This document shows positions 26,600 to 34,489 of a DNA stretch of 64,000 nucleotides, one piece after another. The stretch's first letter is position 1, and each line of letters starts with the position of its first letter. The DNA comes from an uncultured Victivallales bacterium (lineage in GTDB: Bacteria > Verrucomicrobiota > Lentisphaeria > Victivallales > UBA1829). The translations under genes and the position numbers were made by a program. The notes below the pieces were generated by a model. It was given only the letters and a program-made list of their open reading frames with translations, had not been told where the DNA came from and searched no databases. The stretch lies in the NCBI GenBank assembly GCA_944391115.1, contig CALXSJ010000003.1, positions 167,574 through 231,573 on the forward strand. The letters run 5' to 3'.

Positions 26600-27850
26600 T
26601 CACATATTGCTGACCACGGCGTTTGCGAATCCGGAGCAGGAAAGTTCCGTCGCGCCTTCCATCAGACGTGCGAAATCGTAAGTCACCTGTCCGGAGGAGA
26701 TTGCCTTTTCAATGCCTTTGATGACCAGGTCGGCCGCCTCGTTCCAGCCGATGTGGCGCAGAAGCATTTCGCCGGAAAGCGCGAGAGAGGACGGATTCAC
26801 TTTGTCCATTCCCGCATATTTGGGCGCCGTCCCGTGCGTCGCTTCGAAGACCGCCATGCCGGTTGTGTAGTTGATGTTCGCTCCGGGGGCGATGCCGATG
26901 CCGCCCACGCATGCGGCAAGGGCGTCGGAGACGTAATCCCCGTTGAGATTCATCGTGGCGATCACGTCATATTCCGCGGGACGCGTCAGGATCTGCTGAA
27001 GGAAGGCGTCGCAGATGCAGTCCTTGATGAGGATTTTGCCTTCCGGCGCCTTCCAGTCGCATTCGGAGGCGATTGCGACGCGGTCGGCGAATTCGCGTCT
27101 GGCCAGCTCGTAGCCCCAGTCCTTGAAGCCGCCCTCGGTGAATTTCATGATGTTGCCCTTGTGGACCAGCGTCACGCTTTTCCGGTTGTTGTCCAGCGCA
27201 TAGCGGATGGCGGCGCGGATGAGCCGTTCGCTTCCTTCCCGGGAGACCGGCTTGACGCCGATCGCGCTGGTTTCGGGGAAACGGATTTTCTTCACGCCCA
27301 TTTCATTCCGGAGGAAGCTGATGACCTTTTGGGCCTCGGGGGAGCCGGCCTGCCATTCGATTCCGGCGTAGATGTCCTCGGTATTCTCCCGGAACACGAC
27401 CATGTCGGTCAGTTCCGGATTTTTCACAGGGGAGGGGACTCCGGCGAAGTGGCGCACGGGGCGCAGGCAGACGTAGAGATCCAGCGTCTGGCGGAGCGCC
27501 ACATTCAGCGAGCGGATGCCTTTCCCGACCGGGGTGGTCAGCGGTCCCTTGATGGAAATCCGGCAGTCGCGGATCGCTTCGACCGTTTCATCGGGAAGCC
27601 AGGTGCCTTCTCCGTAAATCCGGTTCGCCTTCTCGCCTGCGAAGACCTCCATCCATGCGATTTTCCGTTTGGAGCCGTAGGCTTTTTCCACTGCGGAATT
27701 CCAGATGTGCATGCTGGCGCGCGTGATGTCCGGACCGATGCCGTCGCCTTCAATGTAGGTGATGACCGGATGATCGGGCACATCCAGAACGCCTTCGGAT
27801 TTCAGCGTGATTTTTTCGCCTGCGGGAACTTTTATCTTGTCATAGGCCAT
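26600..27850 (-). CDS. icd: NADP-dependent isocitrate dehydrogenase
   Basis: 416 aa. ...[15 protein letters not shown]..., [13 protein letters not shown], and full-length IDH/IPMDH-family similarity. Confidence 0.95.
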   Translation of the reverse strand: MAYDKIKVPAGEKITLKSEGVLDVPDHPVITYIEGDGIGPDITRASMHIWNSAVEKAYGSKRKIAWMEVFAGEKANRIYGEGTWLPDETVEAIRDCRISIKGPLTTPVGKGIRSLNVALRQTLDLYVCLRPVRHFAGVPSPVKNPELTDMVVFRENTEDIYAGIEWQAGSPEAQKVISFLRNEMGVKKIRFPETSAIGVKPVSREGSERLIRAAIRYALDNNRKSVTLVHKGNIMKFTEGGFKDWGYELARREFADRVAIASECDWKAPEGKILIKDCICDAFLQQILTRPAEYDVIATMNLNGDYVSDALAACVGGIGIAPGANINYTTGMAVFEATHGTAPKYAGMDKVNPSSLALSGEMLLRHIGWNEAADLVIKGIEKAISSGQVTYDFARLMEGATELSCSGFANAVVSNM

Positions 27851-27900
27851 GTTCTGTCAACTCCTTCCATGATAGTATCCAGTAAAAACTGACGGCGGAA

Positions 27901-27929
27901 AATATACATGAGTGTCATCCTTTTGTCAA
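27901..27929 (-). promoter_or_regulatory. candidate sigma70 promoter for the icd operon
   Basis: On the minus strand, TTGACA (27929-27924), 17 nt, TATATT (27906-27901). AAGGAG lies upstream of the icd ATG. Confidence 0.5.
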
Positions 27930-28190
27930 AACACGGAATTGCGATTCCCGCGAGAAAGCGCGTTTTTTTTGGTGACAGAGCAGGGAAAAGGACAGCCTTC
28001 CGGACGATGCCGTCCTGCTGGAAGGGCATTTGCCGCGCACTTTTTTCATGCCGCACGGCAGAAAGCGCGGAGATCCGGAGGACGCTTCCAGACTCTTTTC
28101 CCGGTTGCACGGAATCCCGCCGGATGCGTTTTCCCGGGGCCGGGAAGATCCATCCGGCGGAAAGTTTTTTAAAATAATTTTTTTGCTTTC

Positions 28191-28218
28191 TTGTAAAAAA
28201 CTATATTTGTAGTACAAT
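28191..28218 (+). promoter_or_regulatory. candidate promoter driving leader copy B / GntR gene
   Basis: TTGTAA (28191-28196), 16 nt, TACAAT (28213-28218). Confidence 0.5.
28207..28217. promoter_or_regulatory. candidate FadR/GntR-type operator overlapping the -10
   Basis: Perfect palindrome TTGTA-G-TACAA. It fits the GntR-family GT-Nx-AC operator pattern and overlaps the TACAAT -10 box. Confidence 0.4.
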
Positions 28219-28221
28219 ACC

Positions 28222-28370
28222 ATAAATGAACAGCCCCGGTGCGGAGCATGCGGGGAATCGGGGATTCCGCCTGCGGCAGCCGTCTTGTTCCGCTGGAACG
28301 AAGCGGCACAAGACGGAGAGCATGAAGCGTTTTGCGATGCGACGCATCGCGGTCCTGTCCCCGTTTTTTT
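28222..28370 (+). ncRNA. candidate structured 5' leader / sRNA, copy B (paralog of 11762-11930)
   Basis: Hairpin GGAATC/GATTCC (28254-28268). 9-bp helix CCGTCTTGT/ACAAGACGG (28280-88/28308-16) enclosing CCGCT/AGCGG. Hairpin GCGATGC/GCATCGC (28334-28350). T7 at 28364-28370. Confidence 0.45.
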
Positions 28371-28418
28371 ATGAACTCTTTTGGGAAACACCTCTGCGGA
28401 GAGGGAAAGGAGCCTGGC

Positions 28419-29117
28419 ATGAAAATCAATCCGGTCAGACGGAAAAGCGCTCTGGATTGCGCCATTGACGCGATCCGTTCGTATATCCTTGACAACCGTC
28501 TGCAGCCCGGAGATGTCCTTCCTCCTGAAACGGAACTCGCCCGCGAACTGGAAATCAGCCGCAATATTCTCCGCGAGGCGATGCGCCATTACCGCACGCT
28601 CGGGATCATTGATTCGAAGCCGAAGCTCGGCGCCGTGATCGTTCGCCTTGTCCCGGAGAATCCTTATGCGGGCTATCAGCCTTTTCTTGCCGCGGGAGAG
28701 AATTCCCTGCGCGAACTTTTTGAAATGCGGAGCAGTCTGGAAACCGGAGCCGCTCCGTTTCTGGTACGGGCCGTGACGCCGGAGACGCTCGCTTCGCTCG
28801 GGGAAATTGTGGACGAGATGAGACGGGAAAAACGCGAAGAGCATTTCACTGCGCTCGACATGCGTTTTCATACGGAACTGCTGCATGCGATGCGCAACCG
28901 GATTCTCGACGGGCTTCTACCGTTCGTGATCGGTTTTTTCTACGAACTCAGGAAAGAGAAGATCGCCCGCGGATGGAAACGGAAACCCCGCAGGGAGATT
29001 CTGGAGGAACACCGTGCCATCCTCGCCGCCCTGGAACGGCGTGACGCCGCCGGGCTGGCCGCGGAGATCGCCCGGCATAACGAAGTCTATTTCAACATTC
29101 TGAAGATCGGCGGATGA
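28419..29117 (+). CDS. GntR-family (FadR-subfamily) transcriptional regulator
   Basis: LPPETELARELEISRNILREAMRHYRTLGII wHTH plus an all-helical FCD-like C-terminus. ATG at 28419 is preceded by AAGGAG; the ORF track starts earlier at 28332. Confidence 0.85.
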   Translation: MKINPVRRKSALDCAIDAIRSYILDNRLQPGDVLPPETELARELEISRNILREAMRHYRTLGIIDSKPKLGAVIVRLVPENPYAGYQPFLAAGENSLRELFEMRSSLETGAAPFLVRAVTPETLASLGEIVDEMRREKREEHFTALDMRFHTELLHAMRNRILDGLLPFVIGFFYELRKEKIARGWKRKPRREILEEHRAILAALERRDAAGLAAEIARHNEVYFNILKIGG

Positions 29118-29137
29118 TTCCGGCCGGAAAGGAGAAC

Positions 29138-29944
29138 ATGAACATTCCGAGAAAAAGTCGTGTCCTGACGAAGATGCGCGCAGGACGGAAAGCCATATGC
29201 TACAAGTTCAATCTGTCCTGTCCGCGGGCTGTCGAGATTGCGGGACTTGCCGGTTTTGACGCAGTCTGGATCTGCCAGGAGCACGTTCCGACCGGCCGGA
29301 ACACGATGGAAATGCAGATTCTGGCCGCCAGAGCCTATGACATGGACTGCATCGTGCGCGTGGCAAAGGGAAGTTACAGCGACTGGATTCTGCCGCTGGA
29401 GGCGGACGCATCCGGAATCATGATCCCTCATCTGATGAGTCTGGAGGAGGCAAAGGAAATTGTCCATACGACCCGTTTTCAGCCGCTCGGACGCAGACCC
29501 GTTGACGGCGGGAACGCCGACGGACTCTACTGCCGGCTTGATTTCCGGGATTACATCCGTTTCGCCAATGAAAACCGCATGGTGATCGTCCAGATTGAAG
29601 ATCCCGAACCCCTGGCCGAACTGGATGCCATCTGCCGTCTTCCCGGCATCGACATGATTTTTTTCGGTCCCGGGGACTTCAGTCATGCGATCGGATGTCC
29701 GGGGGAGCTCGATCATCCTGAAATCCGCCGCGTCCGCCGCCTGATTGCCGAAACCGCGCACAAATACGGGAAATTTGCCGGCACCGTCACTTCCCCGGCC
29801 TCCATGCGTGAGTATTACGCGATGGGGTATGATTTCCTGAACTGCGGCGCGGATGTCGTCGCGCTCGGTGCGGCCTGCGACTCCGTCATCGCCGCTTATC
29901 AGGATGCGGCCGGGGAAAAGGAGTGCGCCGGAGGTGCGGAATAA
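29138..29944 (+). CDS. HpcH/HpaI-family aldolase (2-keto-3-deoxy-sugar-acid aldolase-like)
   Basis: VQIEDPEPLAELDAICRLPGIDMIFFGPGDFSHAIG, typical of class II HpcH/HpaI aldolases. AAGGAG lies just upstream of the ATG at 29138. Confidence 0.75.
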   Translation: MNIPRKSRVLTKMRAGRKAICYKFNLSCPRAVEIAGLAGFDAVWICQEHVPTGRNTMEMQILAARAYDMDCIVRVAKGSYSDWILPLEADASGIMIPHLMSLEEAKEIVHTTRFQPLGRRPVDGGNADGLYCRLDFRDYIRFANENRMVIVQIEDPEPLAELDAICRLPGIDMIFFGPGDFSHAIGCPGELDHPEIRRVRRLIAETAHKYGKFAGTVTSPASMREYYAMGYDFLNCGADVVALGAACDSVIAAYQDAAGEKECAGGAE

Positions 29945-30069
29945 TCCGTGCGGAACAAGCTGGCGGAAACATGCGCGCGGGGAGGAAGAATTCCGGAAAA
30001 AAACCTCGTTTTTGATTTGCACTGCACCGCTCTTATGGTAAATTGTGTGCAAAACCAAGGAGTTTCTTC

Positions 30070-30870
30070 ATGAATCCGGAAAACAGGAAAGAAATACCGC
30101 TGTGGAGCAGCCGCGCTCCGCTTGCCATTGAAAACGATACGGAGCACCTTCCGACCATTACCCCTTATTATCCGAGCACCTGGAAATTCAACCGCAAGGC
30201 CGTTGTCATTCTGCCCGGCGGAGCCTACGCGCACCTCGCCGATCATGAGGGGAGGGGATATGCGGAATATCTCGCTTCCAGAGGATACTGCTGCTTTGTC
30301 GTCAAATACCGTCTCGGTTCGAACGGATACCACCATCCCGCGGAGCTGGCGGACGCCGCGCGCGGCATCCGCTTTGTCCGCGCGCTCGCCCCGGAACTGG
30401 GAATCAGGCCGGACGGGATCGGCGTGATGGGATCTTCCGCGGGGGGGCATCTGGCCGCATTGCTCGGAAACTGCCACTCCGAGGCGCTTTATGAAGAGGG
30501 GGAGGACCGGACCGTATCCTCCCGTCCGGACTGGACGATTCTCTGCTATCCGGTGATTACCTTTGATCCGCCGTTCGGAAACGTCTATTCCGGCGAAATG
30601 CTGATGGGAACGAAAACACCCGCGCCGGAACTGCTGGCGCACCTGAGCTGTGAAAAGGGCGTTACCGCGGACACACCGCCCGCTTTCATCTGGCATACGG
30701 GAGAGGACGGGGCCGTGCCTGTGGAAAACAGTCTGATGTATGCCGCCGCCCTCCGGAAAAACGGAGTCCCCTTCGAACTCCACATTTATGAAAAAGGGCC
30801 GCACGGCACCGGACTGTTTGACGGCCATCCGTGGGCGGAGGAGGCGGTCCGCTGGATGGAGCGCTTCTGA
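30070..30870 (+). CDS. alpha/beta hydrolase, carbohydrate-esterase-like
   Basis: VVILPGGAY... and GSSAGGHLAA nucleophile elbow. AAGGAG lies 7 nt upstream of the ATG at 30070. Confidence 0.7.
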   Translation: MNPENRKEIPLWSSRAPLAIENDTEHLPTITPYYPSTWKFNRKAVVILPGGAYAHLADHEGRGYAEYLASRGYCCFVVKYRLGSNGYHHPAELADAARGIRFVRALAPELGIRPDGIGVMGSSAGGHLAALLGNCHSEALYEEGEDRTVSSRPDWTILCYPVITFDPPFGNVYSGEMLMGTKTPAPELLAHLSCEKGVTADTPPAFIWHTGEDGAVPVENSLMYAAALRKNGVPFELHIYEKGPHGTGLFDGHPWAEEAVRWMERF

Positions 30871-30886
30871 AAACCGGAGTCTGCTC

Positions 30887-31633
30887 ATGCATACGAAGGA
30901 GTCGCTTACGGCGGATCTGAAGCGTGCGGGCATCCTGCCGGCGGACACGCTGCTGATCCATTCCTCCCTGAAAAGCATCGGAGAGGTGGAAGGAGGAGCG
31001 GATACCGTTCTGGATGCCCTGATGGATTACTTCCGGGACGAGGGACTGCTGGTGTTTCCGACCCTGACTTACCACCTGAATCAGGCAAATCCGGTTTTTT
31101 CCGTCCGGGACACGCCCTCGCAGGTCGGACTGCTGTCCGAGCTTTTCCGCCGCCGTCCGGGGGTTCTGCGTTCGCTTCATCCGACCCATTCCGTGGCGGC
31201 ATGGGGGCGCGACGCGGCCGCTTTCATCGCGGGGCATGAGATGTTCAGCACGCCATGTGCGCGGAATTCCCCGTGGGGGCGTCTGGGGGACCGCGGCGCG
31301 AAGATTCTGTTCATCGGAACGAAAACCATTTCCTGCAACACGTTTCTGCATGGCGTCGAGGAGTGGTTCGGCGTGCCGGGGATGCTGACGGAAAACAGGG
31401 AGCGTCTGCTTTCGATTGACGCTTCCGGAATCGAGCACGTGGTGCCTTCCCGGCGCCATCTGGGCGGCCACTCCCGTTACTACGGAAAAATGCAGGGACT
31501 TTTCGAGCGTTTCGGCATTCTGAGGCATGTCGTTTTCGGCGATGCCGCTTCCTTTCTGCTTTCCGCCGCGGAGGCGCGCGACGTCGTCATGGAGTGCCTG
31601 AAGGTTGATCCGCTTCTTTTTACGCATGATTGA
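30887..31633 (+). CDS. AAC(3)-family (Antibiotic_NAT) aminoglycoside N3-acetyltransferase homolog
   Basis: LLIHSSLKSIGEVEGGADTVLDAL, RSLHPTHSVAAWG, ILFIGTKTISCNTFLHGVEEW. This is the block order I recall for AAC(3). True start is the ATG at 30887, not the ORF-track start at 30740. Confidence 0.7.
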   Translation: MHTKESLTADLKRAGILPADTLLIHSSLKSIGEVEGGADTVLDALMDYFRDEGLLVFPTLTYHLNQANPVFSVRDTPSQVGLLSELFRRRPGVLRSLHPTHSVAAWGRDAAAFIAGHEMFSTPCARNSPWGRLGDRGAKILFIGTKTISCNTFLHGVEEWFGVPGMLTENRERLLSIDASGIEHVVPSRRHLGGHSRYYGKMQGLFERFGILRHVVFGDAASFLLSAAEARDVVMECLKVDPLLFTHD

Positions 31634-31665
31634 TGCTTTTCATCATATGAAGTCAGGAGGAACGT

Positions 31666-32784
31666 ATGTCCGAAGAAGTTTTGCTGGAGACGCCGCTTGC
31701 GGCGGAACATGCCGCGCTCGGCGCGAAAATGGTGCCGTTTGCCGGCTGGAACATGCCGGTGCAGTATTCCGCCGGAATTCTTGCCGAACACAAGCATACC
31801 CGGGAAGCCGTTTCGCTTTTCGACATCTGCCACATGGGGGAGTTCCGTGTGAAAGGTCCCGGAAGCGCGGAGGCGCTCGACGGAGCCCTTGCGCGTGCCG
31901 TGGCGGATCAGAAGACCGGCGTATGCCGGTACAATTTCCTGCTGAATGAAAACGGCGGCGTGCTGGATGATCTGATTGTCTACCGGATTTCCGGAGACGA
32001 GTTTTTCATCGTCGTGAACGCCGCACGGCGGGAAACCGATTTTGCCGAACTTTCGAAACGCCTGCCGGAAGAGTGCGGAATCACGGATGAATCCGCCGCT
32101 ACGGCCAAGCTGGACCTGCAGGGGCCGCTTGCCGCCGATGTGCTTGTCCGGCTGGGGGTGGCGGCGGATGCGCTTCCCGCTTATTATCATTTTACGACGG
32201 TCCGGATCGCCGGCGTCGATCTTCTGCTCAGCCGCACCGGTTACACGGGCGAACTCGGGTATGAACTGTATTTCCCCGCGGACAAGGCCGTTTTCCTGTG
32301 GCGCACTCTTCTTGCATGCGAAGAGGTGAAGCCCGCCGGACTCGGCGCGCGCGATACGCTCCGGCTGGAAATGGGATATCCTCTCTACGGACATGAAATG
32401 AACGAAGAGACGACTCCCGTCGAGGCGGGATTCGGCGCCATGCTGAAGCTTGACGGACAGCCCCGGCGTTTCACCGGATCGGACGCGCTGCGGAACGCCG
32501 CGCCGAAACGGATCCTGACCGGGTTTCTCCTGGAAGGGCGTCGCGCCGCGCGGGAAGGCTGCACGGTTCTTCTGGACGGGAAAGCTGTCGGGCATGTGAC
32601 TTCCGGCGCGTTTGCGCCGTCCCTGGAACGCGCCGTTGCAATGGCATATCTGGATCCGGATGCCGCGGCTCTTTCTTCCGCCGTGTTTGAAGTGGATACG
32701 GGACGGGTCCGCATTCCCGCCCGGATGGAAGCGCTTCCCTTCTACAGAAACGGAACGGCGAGAAAAAAAATAGAAAAAACTTGA
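31666..32784 (+). CDS. gcvT: glycine cleavage system aminomethyltransferase (T protein)
   Basis: FAGWNMPVQY, FDICHMGEF and full-length GcvT similarity. AGGAGG RBS. Confidence 0.95.
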   Translation: MSEEVLLETPLAAEHAALGAKMVPFAGWNMPVQYSAGILAEHKHTREAVSLFDICHMGEFRVKGPGSAEALDGALARAVADQKTGVCRYNFLLNENGGVLDDLIVYRISGDEFFIVVNAARRETDFAELSKRLPEECGITDESAATAKLDLQGPLAADVLVRLGVAADALPAYYHFTTVRIAGVDLLLSRTGYTGELGYELYFPADKAVFLWRTLLACEEVKPAGLGARDTLRLEMGYPLYGHEMNEETTPVEAGFGAMLKLDGQPRRFTGSDALRNAAPKRILTGFLLEGRRAAREGCTVLLDGKAVGHVTSGAFAPSLERAVAMAYLDPDAAALSSAVFEVDTGRVRIPARMEALPFYRNGTARKKIEKT

Positions 32785-32865
32785 ATTGCTTCTTGACAGA
32801 CAGCGAAATCCATGCTTTTTTACCGCTGAAAACAAAGAGGAGCAACAACAACTTAGGAGTCCAAG

Positions 32866-33240
32866 ATGACCAAGTATTTTTCCAAAACACACGAATGGGT
32901 TGATATCGACGGCGACGAAGCCACAGTAGGCGTTTCCGCTTATGCGACCAAAGAGCTTGGCGACATTACCTATGTGGAGCTTCCCAAAGAGGGCTCCGAT
33001 ATGATCGTCGGCGACTCCCTCGGTGTTGTCGAATCCGTGAAGGCCGCCTCCGACGTTTATTCCCCGATCAGCGGAACTGTGACTTCCGTCAACAAGAATC
33101 TCGAAGACGATCCGGGCATTGTCTCCAATTATCCGGAATCCAAAGGATGGATCTGCAAGCTGGATAATATCGATCTGGATGAACTGCAGGATCTGATGAC
33201 CGAGGAAATGTACGCCAAATATCTCAAGACGCTGGGATGA
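32866..33240 (+). CDS. gcvH: glycine cleavage system H protein
   Basis: 124 aa. VESVKAASDVYSPISG (lipoyl-lysine motif). Confidence 0.95.
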   Translation: MTKYFSKTHEWVDIDGDEATVGVSAYATKELGDITYVELPKEGSDMIVGDSLGVVESVKAASDVYSPISGTVTSVNKNLEDDPGIVSNYPESKGWICKLDNIDLDELQDLMTEEMYAKYLKTLG

Positions 33241-33265
33241 ATTTCTGAAAAATCCTGCAGATACC

Positions 33266-33294
33266 GGACGGCCTCTGCGCCGTCCTTGTCTTTT
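33266..33294 (+). terminator. intrinsic terminator after gcvH
   Basis: GGACGGC (33266-72) / GCCGTCC (33279-85), then the TTGTCTTTT tail. Confidence 0.6.
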
Positions 33295-33310
33295 ACCAAG
33301 GAGTGTTTGA

Positions 33311-33814
33311 ATGGATTCTGATGCAATCAAAAAGTTCATCGCGGAAAAAGTTCCGCAGGGATACAGCCTTTCCAAAATACAGGATATGCTCAAGGAGCGG
33401 AATGTGAACATCACATTCATGGAGCTGCGCCTGCTCGCTTCCGAAATTGAAAGCGGAGTCTGGGCGGAGACCGAGGCGAAGGCGGAGGCCGCCCGGAAAA
33501 AAGACGCGCCCGCGCCGTCCGCCGCGCTTCCGGATGCGGAAGCGGAGGATGCGTTTCCGCCGGAGTCGGATGCCGACGCGGAACTTCCGCCTGCCGGCGC
33601 GGATCAGACGCTGACGGGAAAAACCACCGTGGAAGTCAGTCCGATTGCGCGTCCGGGAGCTGTCGCCAGCGGCTCCGTGAAATTCGGTTCCGGTGTGACC
33701 GCGGAGTGGATGCTGGACCAGTATGGACGGCTCGGTCTTGACAAACCGACCGGCAAGCCCACGGAGCAGGACATCAAGGAGTTCCAGATCGAACTTCAGA
33801 AGGCGCTCGGCTGA
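33311..33814 (+). CDS. hypothetical protein (helical N-domain, acidic Ala/Pro/Glu linker, small C-domain)
   Basis: 167 aa. AAGGAG lies 7 nt upstream of the ATG. I recognise no family. Confidence 0.5.
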   Translation: MDSDAIKKFIAEKVPQGYSLSKIQDMLKERNVNITFMELRLLASEIESGVWAETEAKAEAARKKDAPAPSAALPDAEAEDAFPPESDADAELPPAGADQTLTGKTTVEVSPIARPGAVASGSVKFGSGVTAEWMLDQYGRLGLDKPTGKPTEQDIKEFQIELQKALG

Positions 33815-33969
33815 TTCCGTTTTTTTGAAAAGACTCCGGTTTTCCGGACTCTTCCTGTGCATTTTCCCATTTTCCGTATTTCCGTTTCCCGCCGGTTCCG
33901 CCGGGACGTCGCCTTGTTTTGAACCGTTTTTATTTGACGCTCTCCGATGGATATAGAGAGGAGAGCCGT

Positions 33970-34401
33970 ATGTACAAAAAGAAAACAGAAAAAGCAGCGT
34001 CCGGACCGGAAAAACCGCTGCGCAACAGACGACAGGAACAGTTCTGCCATATTTACGCCTGCGAACTCTGGGGCCGTCCCGCGGAGGCCGCGGAAAAGGC
34101 CGGTTACCGGCCGGGTCAGAAAACGGTCCGCGCCCTTTTCGAGAATCCGGATGTCAGAAACCGGATCCGCTACCTGCGGGAGTGTCTTGCGGATCAGTCC
34201 ATTGCGGATGATGCGTGGATACGCGAAAATTTCATCGACATCATTCTGAACGCCGACAAGTCCTCCGACAAGATCCGGGCGCTTGCGACGCTGCACCGCG
34301 CGCTTGTCTCCGGGAGAAATCCCGACGGAAGGCGGAAGGAGGAAACGGACGATTCCTTTCTCTCCCTGTTCGAGGGGGCCGAGGACGGCGGAGAAGCCTG
34401 A
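33970..34401 (+). CDS. terminase small subunit (Terminase_2)-like DNA-binding protein, orphan
   Basis: RRQEQFCHIYACELWGRPAEAAEKAGYRPGQ...FENPDVRNRIRYL matches the TerS pattern Q-x-x-F-C-x-x-Y...AA..AGYS...L..p.V...I. ATG at 33970 follows GAGAGGAGAG. Confidence 0.55.
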   Translation: MYKKKTEKAASGPEKPLRNRRQEQFCHIYACELWGRPAEAAEKAGYRPGQKTVRALFENPDVRNRIRYLRECLADQSIADDAWIRENFIDIILNADKSSDKIRALATLHRALVSGRNPDGRRKEETDDSFLSLFEGAEDGGEA

Positions 34402-34434
34402 CGCAGGGTCGGTGTTGCGATCTTTTCTTCTTTT

Positions 34435-34466
34435 CCGGGAGCCGTTTCTCCCGGCTTTCCGTTTCC
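34435..34466 (+). terminator. candidate terminator after the TerS-like gene
   Basis: CCGGGAG (34435-41) / CTCCCGG (34448-54), followed by the U-rich tail CTTTCCGTTTCC. Confidence 0.4.
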
Positions 34467-34489
34467 ATTCTGAAACAGTCGGACGGCGT

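Noticed and set aside
31634-31665. Glycine riboswitch upstream of gcvT.
   Set aside because: Only 32 nt separate the AAC(3)-like stop from the gcvT ATG. That is too short for even a single glycine aptamer, and no GGAGAG...CACCG-type motif is present.
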